The notes under the pieces: generated by a model
Told to the model about the DNA's origin: nothing
What the model saw: the letters and a program-made list of their open reading frames with translations, nothing else
Databases searched by the model: none
Program-made: the position numbers and the translations under genes
Part shown: piece after piece, positions 50,207 to 60,638 of the stretch
How the letters are laid out: the number at the start of each line of letters is the position of its first letter
How positions within the stretch are numbered: the stretch's first letter is position 1
NCBI GenBank assembly: GCA_030153785.1
Contig: JASKLF010000003.1
Coordinates: 18,673-82,672 of the forward strand
DNA length: 64,000 nt
Source of the DNA: a bacterium
Lineage (GTDB): Bacteria; Synergistota; GBS-1
Reading direction: 5' to 3'

Positions 50207-51045
50207 TTCAGCCTTACCAGACTTGCCAAACCACCCGGGCAAAATCTCAGCATTAAAAGCAGTAAAAGTCCATAGAAAAGCAATCTATATTGGGCAAGGG
50301 GTCTTAAAAGCTCAGGAAGTACGCCAAGAACGAAAGCTCCTATAAGACTTCCCCTTATAGTTCCCACGCCACCAAAGACAAGCATGGAAAGAAAAGTCAC
50401 CGAGAGGGGAAAACCGAAGTCATCAGATGTAATGAAGCCCATAAAATGTGCGTAGAGAGATCCGGAAGCCCCTGCATAAGCGCTACCCAAAACGAATGCC
50501 ATAAGCTTAAACCTAACGGGGTTTATTCCAACCACATTAGCTGCAAGCTCATCCTCCCTTATCGCCTCTGATGCAAGCCCAGCCCATGATCCATAAAACT
50601 TAAAGGAGAAAAAGGCGCCCACTAAAAGCACAGCGAAAACAATCAATAAATAGTATTCCCCTTTAAAAACAAACTCCCCAAGCTTAGGTTTGGGAATGCC
50701 TCCTATACCAAGGGCTGCACCGAAAAAGGGCACATACAAGAAGATCGCTTGGACTATAAAATTTATGCCTATGGTGGTTATAGCAAGAAAATCATCCTTA
50801 ACTCGCAAACTAGGAAGTCCCAAGAAAAAACCTATAACGCCCGAAATGGATACTGCAAGAGGAAAGGAAAACCAAAAGGAGAGCCCCCCTTTGGTGGAAA
50901 GAAGCGCTGAAGCGTAAGCTCCTATCCCCATGAAAGCGGCATGTCCCAACGAGATTTGACCTGCATAACCCAAAATTATATTTAACCCCAAAACAGCTAT
51001 AGCATTAATTATCAAAGTCGTTAAAACAGTATAAAGATAACCCAT
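50200..51045 (-). CDS. livM: Liv-type ABC permease (LivM-like)
   Basis: GYAGQISLGHAAFMGIGAY, AIREDELAA, GGVGTIRG; start placed at ATG 51045. Confidence 0.9.
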   Translation of the reverse strand: MGYLYTVLTTLIINAIAVLGLNIILGYAGQISLGHAAFMGIGAYASALLSTKGGLSFWFSFPLAVSISGVIGFFLGLPSLRVKDDFLAITTIGINFIVQAIFLYVPFFGAALGIGGIPKPKLGEFVFKGEYYLLIVFAVLLVGAFFSFKFYGSWAGLASEAIREDELAANVVGINPVRFKLMAFVLGSAYAGASGSLYAHFMGFITSDDFGFPLSVTFLSMLVFGGVGTIRGSLIGAFVLGVLPELLRPLAQYRLLFYGLLLLLMLRFCPGGLASLVRLKK

Positions 51046-51049
51046 ATTG

Positions 51050-51910
51050 CTATCCCCTCCTGCCAAGCAATCCTTGAGGCTTAAGCAAGATAACTATTAT
51101 CATAGCTATGAAGGCCAAGGCGTCTCTCGGAAGAGGAATTTTCGCATACCCAATGAGAAGCGTTTCTGCCATACCCAATAATAAAGAAGCTAACACGGCT
51201 CCCGGCACACTGCTTAAACCACCAACCACTATTAAAGCTAAAGATTTATATGCCGGCATATCTCCCATAGCTGGATAAACCTGATTGTAATTAATCCCTA
51301 CCAATATCCCTGCTAAAGCCGCAAAGGCAGAACCTAAGGCAAAGGTTAAGGCTATAACTTTCTTAGAATTTATTCCGCTTGACTCAGCCAATTCCATATC
51401 TTGACTTGTAGCTCTCATCATTAAACCGAGGTTTGTCTTAGAGGTCAAAAACCACTGAAAAAGCAAAACCAACAAGGTAGCAATAAATATGAGCAACTGA
51501 ACAGGCGAGATAAAAGCCCCCCATACATTGAGTGTAGGTAAATAGACAACTGCCGGAAAGGAAAGAGGATAAGGACCCGCTATCAACCTGCATATCTCGC
51601 CTATAGATAAAAACATTGCAATGCCGGCAATCAAAGGAACAAAGGGAGGAAACCTAAGCAAGGGATAATATACAAACCTTTGCATAGCTATCCCTATTAA
51701 AGCACAGACCGACATGGAAAGAAATATTGCCACAGATAGGCTTCCCGTCGCCTCAAAAAAATAAAGGCCAAGATAGGCTCCTATGGTGTATATACCCGCA
51801 TGAGCCACATGGAGTATCCTCAAGATACCATAAACCATGGCTAACCCCATAGTTATCAAAGCATACACACTTCCTATAGATATCCCGTTAACCAATTGCT
51901 GCCAGAGCAA
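51050..51910 (-). CDS. livH: Liv-type ABC permease (LivH-like)
   Basis: QQLVNGISIGSVYALITMGLAMVYG, MRATSQD, KPQGLLG. Confidence 0.9.
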   Translation of the reverse strand: MLWQQLVNGISIGSVYALITMGLAMVYGILRILHVAHAGIYTIGAYLGLYFFEATGSLSVAIFLSMSVCALIGIAMQRFVYYPLLRFPPFVPLIAGIAMFLSIGEICRLIAGPYPLSFPAVVYLPTLNVWGAFISPVQLLIFIATLLVLLFQWFLTSKTNLGLMMRATSQDMELAESSGINSKKVIALTFALGSAFAALAGILVGINYNQVYPAMGDMPAYKSLALIVVGGLSSVPGAVLASLLLGMAETLLIGYAKIPLPRDALAFIAMIIVILLKPQGLLGRRG

Positions 51911-51913
51911 AAT

Positions 51914-52789
51914 TTAACCCCCTCCTTTTATGAGAATCAGGATTGAAATAACAATTAAACCTCCCCCAACCAATTGAGACAAGCTGACGCTTTCCGAGAA
52001 AAACAGAAAAGCAAGAAAGCTTGTCATAGGGATCTCGGATAGAGCTCCTATGCTAGCTTTACCAGCCTCAAGATACCTTAAAGAAAACATGAAAAACATA
52101 TAAGGCAAGAAGGTACAGAAAAAGCTAAGAACGAAAAGATAGAACAAAGGTTCGCCTTTAGGAATATTTAATTGCCTTTCTACAAGAAGTAAAACGAAGA
52201 ACAGAAATATGGTTCCAAAGAAAAATCCCCCAAATAGGGTCTTCAACGGCTTAAGCCTACTAGAAAGCTTCCTACCTATCAAAGCGTAGGAGGCATTTCC
52301 CACAGCAGATAAAAAAGCCCAAATATACCCCCTCAAGGAAAAAGAGATATCCCCTCCCAAAACTATTATCAAACCGAGCATAGATAAGCATAGGGACAAC
52401 ACTTTCAACTTAGTTATCTTTTCGCCCAAAAATATCCTGCCAAGGATGACAACTATTGAAGGAAACGTGTAAAGTATTAAAAGCGCCGTAGTTATTCTAA
52501 TATGCTTTATTGCAGCAATATATCCCAGATAATTAAATCCCACTCCAAGACCGCCCAATAAAATCAAATAGACAAAATCCCTCAAAGTTATTCCGCGGAA
52601 AAAGCTTTCTCTCGAAAAGAGCAAATAACCCCCCACTATCAGAAAGGCCAAAAACGCCCGCCAAAAAACTACCTCATAGGGAGACAATCCTTCCTTAAAC
52701 AATATTCTTCCTAACACAGCTATGTTCGCCCAAAATAAAGCTGCCAAGAAGACGAAAAGATAGCCTTTTAAACTCTCAGCGTAACTCAC
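51914..52789 (-). CDS. DMT/EamA family transporter
   Basis: About 10 TM helices in two EamA repeats (LYTFPSIV..FLGEKIT; FFSESVS). Confidence 0.9.
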   Translation of the reverse strand: MSYAESLKGYLFVFLAALFWANIAVLGRILFKEGLSPYEVVFWRAFLAFLIVGGYLLFSRESFFRGITLRDFVYLILLGGLGVGFNYLGYIAAIKHIRITTALLILYTFPSIVVILGRIFLGEKITKLKVLSLCLSMLGLIIVLGGDISFSLRGYIWAFLSAVGNASYALIGRKLSSRLKPLKTLFGGFFFGTIFLFFVLLLVERQLNIPKGEPLFYLFVLSFFCTFLPYMFFMFSLRYLEAGKASIGALSEIPMTSFLAFLFFSESVSLSQLVGGGLIVISILILIKGGG

Positions 52790-54311
52790 CTACTATCTCC
52801 TCCACGTTAAGGAGAAAATCGTCTTCCCTTAAGATGCCTTCGACTTTAGATATTTCTGAATAAAGCGGAACGTCTTCAACTAAAAAGGGAACTTCCTCTC
52901 TAATAATCGAGTAAGCTCGGCCCGTACCCTTGCCAGGCCTGAGTGGAGCTCTAAAATCTATACCTTGACACGCCAGCAGAGTTTCTATGGATAGAACCTT
53001 ATAAAGGTTATCTATGACCTTAAGAAGTTTCAACCCCGAGTTCATTCCCATGCTAACGTGGTCCTCCTGGTTAGCGGAAGTTGGAATAGAATCCACACTG
53101 GATGGATGAGAGAGAACTTTATTTTCGGAAACCAAAGCTGCAGCCACATATTGAGATATCATAAAACCAGAGTTTAACCCCTTAGAGAAGATTAAAAAGT
53201 CAGGCAAACCGCTTAAATGCCCATCCACTAAGCGTGCTATTCTTCTTTCAGAAATATTTGCAAGTTCAGAAAGGGCTATCGAAAGAAAATCCATCCCCAC
53301 CGCCAAGGGTTCACCATGGAAGTTACCTCCCGACAATATCTCTCTATCATCAGGGAAAACAATCGGATTGTCCGTAACCGAGTTAAACTCCCTCTCTAAA
53401 ACCTCTCTAAAAAACGAAATTACATCTCTTGCCGCACCATGAACCTGCGGAGCACACCTTATGGAATAGGCATCCTGCGTTCTCTCTCTTGGAGAGAGGT
53501 ATATTATCTCGCTACCATCGATCAACCTCAAAACATTTAAAGCGCTCGCTTCTTGTCCAGGGTGAAGGCGAAGCCTGTGAATTCGAGAATCGAAAGCGTC
53601 GGGAAGTCCTTTCAAGGCCTCCATACTTAAAGAAAGCGCTATATCAGCAAGCTTGGCAAGTCTTAAAGCTTCGTATAAAGCAATTGCACCCACCGAGGCC
53701 ATCATAGATGTGCCATTTATCAAAGCCAAACCTTCCTTAGCTTCAAAGACCATGGGAGGTAGTAGCTCTTCCTTCAGAGCCAGAGAAGCGGGAACAAGCT
53801 TTCCCTTATAAAAAACGCTCCCCTCTCCCATCATCGCTAAAGCGATATGAGCAAGGGGAGCTAAATCTCCACTCGCACCTACAGAACCCTTCATGGGAAC
53901 ATAAGGGCATATATCTCTGTTAATCATCTCGGCTATAAACTCAAGAAGCTCATATCTGATACCCGAATATCCCTTTGCAAGGGCGTTAAGCCTTAAAAGC
54001 ATGGCCCCTTTAACTATGTTAGGAGGAAAGGGCTCCCCTACTCCACAGGCATGGCTCCTTATGAGGTTTCTCTGAAGCTCTTTAATCTTATCAAGAGGTA
54101 TAACAACCTTAGCAAGGTCGCCAAATCCTGTTGTTATCCCATAAACCACCCTCTTCGAAAGTATGGCTTCCTCTACCACTCTCCTCGATTTATCCACTCT
54201 TTCCTTTACTTTATCGTGTATTTTAACCTTACAACCATCCTTAACAACCCTTATAAAATCCTCGAGGCAAAGAGAATCTCCATCTACAACGACTTCTTTC
54301 ATTATATTCAT
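52776..54311 (-). CDS. hutH: Histidine ammonia-lyase
   Basis: YGITTGFG, MIO motif GSVGASGDLAPL, QDAYSIRCAPQVHG, SGGNFHG, ANQEDHVSMG. Confidence 0.97.
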   Translation of the reverse strand: MNIMKEVVVDGDSLCLEDFIRVVKDGCKVKIHDKVKERVDKSRRVVEEAILSKRVVYGITTGFGDLAKVVIPLDKIKELQRNLIRSHACGVGEPFPPNIVKGAMLLRLNALAKGYSGIRYELLEFIAEMINRDICPYVPMKGSVGASGDLAPLAHIALAMMGEGSVFYKGKLVPASLALKEELLPPMVFEAKEGLALINGTSMMASVGAIALYEALRLAKLADIALSLSMEALKGLPDAFDSRIHRLRLHPGQEASALNVLRLIDGSEIIYLSPRERTQDAYSIRCAPQVHGAARDVISFFREVLEREFNSVTDNPIVFPDDREILSGGNFHGEPLAVGMDFLSIALSELANISERRIARLVDGHLSGLPDFLIFSKGLNSGFMISQYVAAALVSENKVLSHPSSVDSIPTSANQEDHVSMGMNSGLKLLKVIDNLYKVLSIETLLACQGIDFRAPLRPGKGTGRAYSIIREEVPFLVEDVPLYSEISKVEGILREDDFLLNVEEIVGELR

Positions 54312-54319
54312 CCTCCCGA

Positions 54320-55309
54320 TTAAAGAATGAACCTATTCTCGGCTCCGCAAAAGATACACTTATTCCCCTCAAGATTAACCTCCACTATCTCATACCCACG
54401 TCTCTTTAATATGGGTTCGTTACAACTCAAACAGTAGGTAGTTTCGTATTTCTCCTCCCATATGTTTCCTAAGTACACATAGGGCATCCTTTCCCTAGCT
54501 ATCTGGTAAGCCCTATAGAGCCTTGAAAGGGGCGTTGGTGGATTCGACATCTTATACTGGGGGAAATACCTTGAAAAGTGAAGAGGGATTAAGGGATCTA
54601 TGTCACAAATGAGATCAACCACCGATTTTATATCTTCATCGGAGTCATTCTCGTCAGTAACAAGCAAGTTTGTGACCTCAACAAGACAAGATGAGTTAGC
54701 TATCTTTATAGTCCTCAAGACAGGTTCAAGCCTTCCACCACATAATCGTCTATAATAATTATCATTGGAAGATTTTAGGTCTATGTTCATGGCATCCACA
54801 AAGGGAAGAAGTTCCCTTAAAGGAGCTTCTTCTATAAAACCATTAGTAACAAGGACATTTTTAAGGCCCCTTTCTTTTGCCAACCTGGCAGTATCATAAA
54901 CGAACTCATACCATATAGTGGGCTCATTATAAGTATAAGCTATTCCTATACTTTTATAAGCCAAAGCCGCTTCGACTATTCGCTCAGGAGGCACGTATTC
55001 AGTTCCAATATCTCCTCTAACGAGATGCCAATTCTGGCAGAATCTACAAGAAAGATTACAATACAGCGTACCTATCGATAAGATCTTGCTTCCAGGGTAA
55101 AAATGAAATAAAGGTTTTTTTTCTATAGGGTCCATATTTACAGCGGAGCATTCGCCATATATTCTTGTAAAGAGCTTCCCGCCCCTATTCTCTCTGGCCC
55201 TACATAAGCCCAAAGCTCCATCTGGAATAACACAATTATGAGGACAAAGAAGGCATCTAACTCTACCTTCGTTGAGGGGCTCGTAAAAAAGAGCTTCCTT
55301 AAGGGCCAT
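54320..55309 (-). CDS. amrS: AmmeMemoRadiSam system radical SAM enzyme
   Basis: CLLCPHNC..GLCRAREN, DPIEKKPLFHFYPG, CNLSCRFCQNW, AYTYNEP, PLHFSRYFP. Confidence 0.93.
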   Translation of the reverse strand: MALKEALFYEPLNEGRVRCLLCPHNCVIPDGALGLCRARENRGGKLFTRIYGECSAVNMDPIEKKPLFHFYPGSKILSIGTLYCNLSCRFCQNWHLVRGDIGTEYVPPERIVEAALAYKSIGIAYTYNEPTIWYEFVYDTARLAKERGLKNVLVTNGFIEEAPLRELLPFVDAMNIDLKSSNDNYYRRLCGGRLEPVLRTIKIANSSCLVEVTNLLVTDENDSDEDIKSVVDLICDIDPLIPLHFSRYFPQYKMSNPPTPLSRLYRAYQIARERMPYVYLGNIWEEKYETTYCLSCNEPILKRRGYEIVEVNLEGNKCIFCGAENRFIL

Positions 55310-55310
55310 G

Positions 55311-56633
55311 TTACTTATACCTCCTGACCCTGAACCTGTAAATATTTATAGGTTCCCCCGGAAGAATACCCGCTTTTCTTGAAGCTATATCTATCTGCTC
55401 CTCAACAGTATCAACGCCTTCAAGGTCGGGAAGCAAAAGCCCCTTTCTACCATCGGAAGCCTCAACTATGACTCCATAAACCTTGGGATCAAGCTCCCTT
55501 AGGTCATAAACGGGTTCAGGTTCAGTCAAGACATCAACAGAATACTCCAAATAGGGTAATTCGTCCTCTCTGACAGGCTCAAAACGAGGGTCTTCACTAC
55601 AAGCGGCTATCGCATTTCTTATAACCTCTTCAGCTACATTCTTACGAGTGGGGAGATATGTGCCTATGCAACCTCTTAATTTTCCTCTTTTCTTTATTGA
55701 AACGAAGACGCCAGCTCTTTCCTTCATTTCAGGTATCATCTCTGAAGGAGAAGGAGGAGAGATTATCTTACCCTCCTTAACGAAGGTTTCCACCGCTTTT
55801 CGCGCCAGCTTAACCAAGGGATGTTCTTCCTTAACCACTCTTCTTTGAGGATATATTGCAGCAACACAATAGCCAACGCCAAAAGGCCCTTCATAAGAAA
55901 GAACTTCTGTTTTAACTTCCCACTTATCAAATGCCCCGAAAAGAATTACAATGGGTCTATAACCGCACTCCCCAGCTTCCTCTAAAAAGTAGGGATCCAT
56001 CTTCAAGAGTTCGTCCTTATCAAAGTTTCTAATTATATCGACTATCTTTCTATCAAACTCCTTGCCTTGCGGAGAGTAACCTGCGGGGGCGTCATAAGTT
56101 AAGCGATGAGAAAGGTCTCCACTAGCTATTAAGATTGTAGGAACGGGGTCCTCAAACAAAACATCCTCTAAGAAGGCCCCTATCTCGTAAAGGGTATACG
56201 GAGGAAGGAAGGCAAAACTCATAATAACCAGAGGTAAATTCGCCTTAACCCCCAGAAGATAATATAATGGGACCAATACACCGTGGTCCAGTCGAGAATT
56301 TCTCACCACATCAACGGGTAAACCTCTTGCCTGAGCCTTTCTTACAAAGCTCTCCACAAATTCTCTGTCAGACGGGTAAGAAAAATCTCTCGGTCCACCA
56401 AACTGGCCCAAACTCCCTCTAAAGTTATCAGCCCACAGAACGCCAACAGCATCGCCTAATACTATATTGTGCGGAGTTATAACTATAATCCGTTGCGGAT
56501 TTTTTTCTCTAACCCTTCTTGCGAGAGCTCTAAATCCTTCAACTGTACTCTTAACCTTTTCAACTTCAGGTCCTCCTATCTCAGGTATTATTATCGGAGG
56601 ATGGGGGGTTAATGCACCTAAGACTAATCCCAT
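55311..56633 (-). CDS. amrA: Fused Memo/LigB-like + AMMECR1 protein (AmrB-AmrA)
   Basis: [33 protein letters not shown], then [25 protein letters not shown]. Confidence 0.9.
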   Translation of the reverse strand: MGLVLGALTPHPPIIIPEIGGPEVEKVKSTVEGFRALARRVREKNPQRIIVITPHNIVLGDAVGVLWADNFRGSLGQFGGPRDFSYPSDREFVESFVRKAQARGLPVDVVRNSRLDHGVLVPLYYLLGVKANLPLVIMSFAFLPPYTLYEIGAFLEDVLFEDPVPTILIASGDLSHRLTYDAPAGYSPQGKEFDRKIVDIIRNFDKDELLKMDPYFLEEAGECGYRPIVILFGAFDKWEVKTEVLSYEGPFGVGYCVAAIYPQRRVVKEEHPLVKLARKAVETFVKEGKIISPPSPSEMIPEMKERAGVFVSIKKRGKLRGCIGTYLPTRKNVAEEVIRNAIAACSEDPRFEPVREDELPYLEYSVDVLTEPEPVYDLRELDPKVYGVIVEASDGRKGLLLPDLEGVDTVEEQIDIASRKAGILPGEPINIYRFRVRRYK

Positions 56634-56650
56634 TTCCCGCTCACCCCCTT

Positions 56651-57664
56651 TTAAAGAATCAACATGGCATCACCGAAGCTATACAGGCGATACCTCTCCT
56701 TTACCGCAATTTCATAAGCTCTCTTCAAAAACTCCTCTCCTGCGAAAGCAGAAACCAAAGCCAAAAGGGTAGTCCTCGGCAAATGGAAATTAGTTATAAG
56801 TCCCTTTAAAACCCTAAACTTAAACCCGGGAAGAATAAATAGATCTGTCCATCCCTTTTTAGGAGAAATAACCCCATTATCATCGCAAACGCTTTCCAAA
56901 ACCCTCGTAGTAGTTGTTCCGACAGCGATCACTCTACGTCCTTCCCTCAATGCAGAGTTCACTTCTAAAGCACACTCTTCGGGAACTTCATAATACTCTG
57001 GTGGAACCTTGTGTTTCCTTATATCTCCTCTTACAGGAAGGAAAGTTGCAGCTCCCACATGAAGAATTAGGAAAGTCATCTTTATACCCTTTTTTCTGAG
57101 CTCCTCCAACACCCTATCCGTAAAGTGAAAGCCTGCGGTGGGCGCTGCAACTGAGCCAGGAACCTCCGCATAAATGGTTTGATAAAGACTGGGATCTTTT
57201 ATCTTCCTTTTTATATAAGGAGGAGTTGGAACCTCTCCTATGCTCTCGAGAATACTTAAAAATCTCTCTCCCCCAACAGAAAAGCGAACTATCCTAAAAC
57301 CCTCATCTAAAACCTCTTCAACTACACAACTTAAACCGTCAGCAAAGACTACCTCCGTTCCCAGCTTAAGCCTCTTTGCCGGACGTGCGATAACTTCCCA
57401 CAAAGTATCATCAAGTCTTCTTATAAGAAGGAGCTCCACCCTCGCTCCACCATTCCTCTTGGTTCCCACAAGGCGGGCCTTTATAACCTTGCTTTTATTA
57501 AAAACAAGGAGGTCCCCCTCTTTTAAAAACTGAGGAAGCATGTAAAACATCGCATGCTCTATCGTTCCCTTTTCCCTATTCAAGACCATTAAGCGAGAAT
57601 GATCCCTTGGATTAGCTGGTTCCTGAGCTATTAACTCTTCAGGGAATTCATAATCAAATATGAT
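56651..57664 (-). CDS. queA: S-adenosylmethionine:tRNA ribosyltransferase-isomerase (start anomalous)
   Basis: [58 protein letters not shown]; the conserved N-terminus lies upstream of the ORF-track ATG with no in-frame canonical start. Confidence 0.93.
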   Translation of the reverse strand: MIFDYEFPEELIAQEPANPRDHSRLMVLNREKGTIEHAMFYMLPQFLKEGDLLVFNKSKVIKARLVGTKRNGGARVELLLIRRLDDTLWEVIARPAKRLKLGTEVVFADGLSCVVEEVLDEGFRIVRFSVGGERFLSILESIGEVPTPPYIKRKIKDPSLYQTIYAEVPGSVAAPTAGFHFTDRVLEELRKKGIKMTFLILHVGAATFLPVRGDIRKHKVPPEYYEVPEECALEVNSALREGRRVIAVGTTTTRVLESVCDDNGVISPKKGWTDLFILPGFKFRVLKGLITNFHLPRTTLLALVSAFAGEEFLKRAYEIAVKERYRLYSFGDAMLIL

Positions 57665-57668
57665 ATAA

Positions 57669-57884
57669 TCACCTCCTAAAGATGAGATTCAAGATAACTG
57701 TCAAGACCAAGCTTAAGATGAGACTTGTAACGATCGGGAAGTAGAAGATCATTCCTTTCTTCTCCACATAGATATCTCCCGGAAGCCTACCAATATAAGG
57801 GATTTTGGGGGCAAAAGTAATAACCACACCCGTAATTACTATTATCAGACCAAATATGATTAGCATCTTACCCAAAGATTCCAT
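57669..57884 (-). CDS. DUF2905 small membrane protein
   Basis: GRLPGDIYVEK..FYFPIVTSLILS; start placed at ATG 57884. Confidence 0.9.
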   Translation of the reverse strand: MESLGKMLIIFGLIIVITGVVITFAPKIPYIGRLPGDIYVEKKGMIFYFPIVTSLILSLVLTVILNLIFRR

Positions 57885-58845
57885 TGCAACCCCTCCTTTT
57901 CCAGATATCATAGGCTCGCTGGGTTGCAACTCTTCCCCTTTTTGTTCTCTCTATAAACCCCATTCTCATAAGGTAAGGCTCATACACCTCGGAAATAGTA
58001 TCTGGCTCCTCGTTCAAGGCTGCAGCAAGGGTCTCTATCCCTACAGGACCTCCCGAAAACTTTTCTATAATGACAGAAATGAGCTTCCAATCGGTAGAAT
58101 CTAACCCGTAAGGGTCTACATTATAAAACTCAAAAGCTTTTAAAATGGTTTCCTCATCTATTAAACCTTTACCATTAACCTGTGCATAATCCCTTACCCT
58201 CTTTAAAAGCCTATTAACTATCCTCGGGGTTCCACGCCCCCTCAAAGCCAATTCCTTAGCAGCCTTTTCAGATACCTCTACTCCCAGGATTCGTGCGGAA
58301 CGAAAAACGATCTTTTCGAGGTCCTCTACAGGATAGTAGTCTATTCTCTCTATAACTCCAAATCGGCTCCTAAGCGCCCCCGTTAAAAGACCAAGCCTTG
58401 TCGTAGCTCCCACAAGAGTAAAAGAGGGAAGGTCTATCTTTATAGTCTTCGCCATAATACCCTTTCCAACGACTATATCGATTCTAAAATCCTCCATAGC
58501 GGAGTAAAGCATTTCCTCACAGGAACGCGGTATCCTGTGAATCTCGTCTATAAAAATTACGCTTCCCTTATCGATCCCACTCAGTATAGCAGCAAGGTCT
58601 CCAGCTCTCGTAAGAGAAGGCCCACTTAGCTGAACAAAGGGAGAAGAAAGCTCATTGGCTATTATACTCGCCAAGGTAGTTTTACCCAAACCCGGAGGCC
58701 CATAAAATAGAATATGATCGGGAGACTCTCCTCTTATTTTCGCAGCTTCTATCAACAAGGATATTCTCTTCTTTAGCTCCTCCTGCCCCACAAAGTCGGA
58801 AAGCTTCTTAGGCCTTAAAGACTTTTCCCAGTTTTCCACGATCAC
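57868..58845 (-). CDS. ruvB: Holliday junction helicase RuvB
   Basis: LRPKKLSDFVGQ, GPPGLGKTT, FIDEIHR, RGTPRIVNRLL, GGPVGIETL. Confidence 0.98.
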   Translation of the reverse strand: MIVENWEKSLRPKKLSDFVGQEELKKRISLLIEAAKIRGESPDHILFYGPPGLGKTTLASIIANELSSPFVQLSGPSLTRAGDLAAILSGIDKGSVIFIDEIHRIPRSCEEMLYSAMEDFRIDIVVGKGIMAKTIKIDLPSFTLVGATTRLGLLTGALRSRFGVIERIDYYPVEDLEKIVFRSARILGVEVSEKAAKELALRGRGTPRIVNRLLKRVRDYAQVNGKGLIDEETILKAFEFYNVDPYGLDSTDWKLISVIIEKFSGGPVGIETLAAALNEEPDTISEVYEPYLMRMGFIERTKRGRVATQRAYDIWKRRGCNGIFG

Positions 58846-59405
58846 TTATCCCCCTTAAGGACAGACAATGCTTCTTTCAAGAGCATCTCTACACCCTTCC
58901 CTTTAGTCTCGCTCTTTGCAATTTTTAAAAGGGCCTTGTTAGCCTCCCGCTCCGTATACCCCAAGCTTAGAAGAGCTTCCTTCACTTCAGAGAAAATCCC
59001 TTCTCCACTCAATATTTCCCCTTTGAGCTCAAAAACGATGCGCTTTGCTCTCTTCTCGCCCACCTTTGGGATAGAAGATAGCAAAGAAACATCTTCACTT
59101 TCGATTATCTCCATAAACTCCTTCCATGAGAAGCGATCTAAGATCTCAAAAGAAACCCTCGTTCCTATTTTAGTTAAACTCACTAACTTTTCAAAAAAGT
59201 TTCTGTCGTTTTCATCCAAAAACCCAAAAAGCTCTAAATTGTCCCCCTTGTAATTAAAATAAACATAAAATACGATTTCCTCTTCCTCTTTAATTAACGA
59301 GAGATCTCTTGAAGGGACAAAGATTTCAAAACCAAAGCCATTAACATCCAGAAGAAGTTCCCTATTCCCTTTTCTTACAACTTTCCCTCTAAGATAGTTT
59401 ATCAT
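58842..59405 (-). CDS. ruvA: Holliday junction protein RuvA
   Basis: [22 protein letters not shown], HhH IPKVGEKRAKRIVFELK, ALLSLGY. Confidence 0.93.
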   Translation of the reverse strand: MINYLRGKVVRKGNRELLLDVNGFGFEIFVPSRDLSLIKEEEEIVFYVYFNYKGDNLELFGFLDENDRNFFEKLVSLTKIGTRVSFEILDRFSWKEFMEIIESEDVSLLSSIPKVGEKRAKRIVFELKGEILSGEGIFSEVKEALLSLGYTEREANKALLKIAKSETKGKGVEMLLKEALSVLKGDK

Positions 59406-59874
59406 CGATACTCCCAGACCTTTTAAGAAAGGTTAATCCACATACAGCCAAGGCAGCAGCGTCAACCTCGTGCGATGTGGCTAATTGAAATCCAAAAATC
59501 TTTTTCAAAACCTCAGCCATATCCTTTTTCGAAGCCCTTCCCCAGTTGGTTAAAGCCCTTTTAAGCTGAAGAGGAGATATTTCAAGAAGTCTTAATCCCT
59601 TATGGGCACAGAGAAGAGATATAACTCCTCTTACTTCTCCCACTTCCATAGCACTCCTCGCATTCCTGTGAAAAAAGAGACTCTCCAAGCAAAGAAGAGA
59701 AGGATAGTATTTATCTATTTCCTCATATAAGCGATCGTATATAATTCTTAATCTCTCTACTTTTTCTAAATCGGGAGAAGTATATAAAGTTTCAGCCTTA
59801 AGAAGAGTGTAAGCCTCATCCAATATGGCATAGCCTAATTCCCTCAAGCCTGGGTCAATTCCTATTACCCTCAC
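59389..59874 (-). CDS. ruvC: Crossover junction endonuclease RuvC
   Basis: [26 protein letters not shown]. Confidence 0.95.
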   Translation of the reverse strand: MRVIGIDPGLRELGYAILDEAYTLLKAETLYTSPDLEKVERLRIIYDRLYEEIDKYYPSLLCLESLFFHRNARSAMEVGEVRGVISLLCAHKGLRLLEISPLQLKRALTNWGRASKKDMAEVLKKIFGFQLATSHEVDAAALAVCGLTFLKRSGSIDDKLS

Positions 59875-60623
59875 GCCGCCGTACTAATCTTTTCCATTAT
59901 CTCATCGGGAATGTCAAAATTGGCATACACATGCTGAACATCGTCATGATCTTCGAGAGCTTCCATGAGTTTAAGCATTCTTATCGCATCGTCACCCTCG
60001 AGGCGAGTTGTAGTCTTAGGAATCATCGTTACTTCAGCACGCACAGGTTTAACATTGGAGTTCTCAAAAGCCTCTCTCACGGTAATGAAATCCTTAGGAT
60101 CAGTCAAAACTTCTATGGTACCATCCTCCTGAACCCTTACATCCTCCGCACCCGCATCAAGAGCTATCTCCATAACCTCATCCTCACTAACTCCTTCAAA
60201 AGTTAATACTCCCTTTCTCTCAAATACCCAGCTTACACAACCCACTTCGCCAAGGTTCCCTCCATACTTGCTGAAGATATGTCTAATTTCAGCTGTAGTT
60301 CTATTTCTATTGTCTGTCACAGCCTCAACTAAAACGGCTACACCACCAGGTCCGTATCCCTCATAATTCACTTCTTCGTAAGTTGCACCTGGAAGTTCAC
60401 CTGTACCGCGCTGAATTGCCCTCTTTATATTTTCCGAGGGCATGTTAACCTCGCGAGCCCATTGAATAGCAAGTCTTAAGCGCGGATTTTTTTCAGGATC
60501 TCCTCCACCTTCCCGAGCTGCCGTAATTATTGCCCTTATAACCTTAGCAAAAACTTTACCCTTTTGAGCATCAACTTGAGCCTTTCTATGCCTAATGTTT
60601 GCCCACTTAGAATGACCTGCCAT
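59871..60623 (-). CDS. yebC: YebC/PmpR family protein
   Basis: [38 protein letters not shown]. Confidence 0.97.
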   Translation of the reverse strand: MAGHSKWANIRHRKAQVDAQKGKVFAKVIRAIITAAREGGGDPEKNPRLRLAIQWAREVNMPSENIKRAIQRGTGELPGATYEEVNYEGYGPGGVAVLVEAVTDNRNRTTAEIRHIFSKYGGNLGEVGCVSWVFERKGVLTFEGVSEDEVMEIALDAGAEDVRVQEDGTIEVLTDPKDFITVREAFENSNVKPVRAEVTMIPKTTTRLEGDDAIRMLKLMEALEDHDDVQHVYANFDIPDEIMEKISTAA

Positions 60624-60638
60624 CTTAAAACCACCTCC

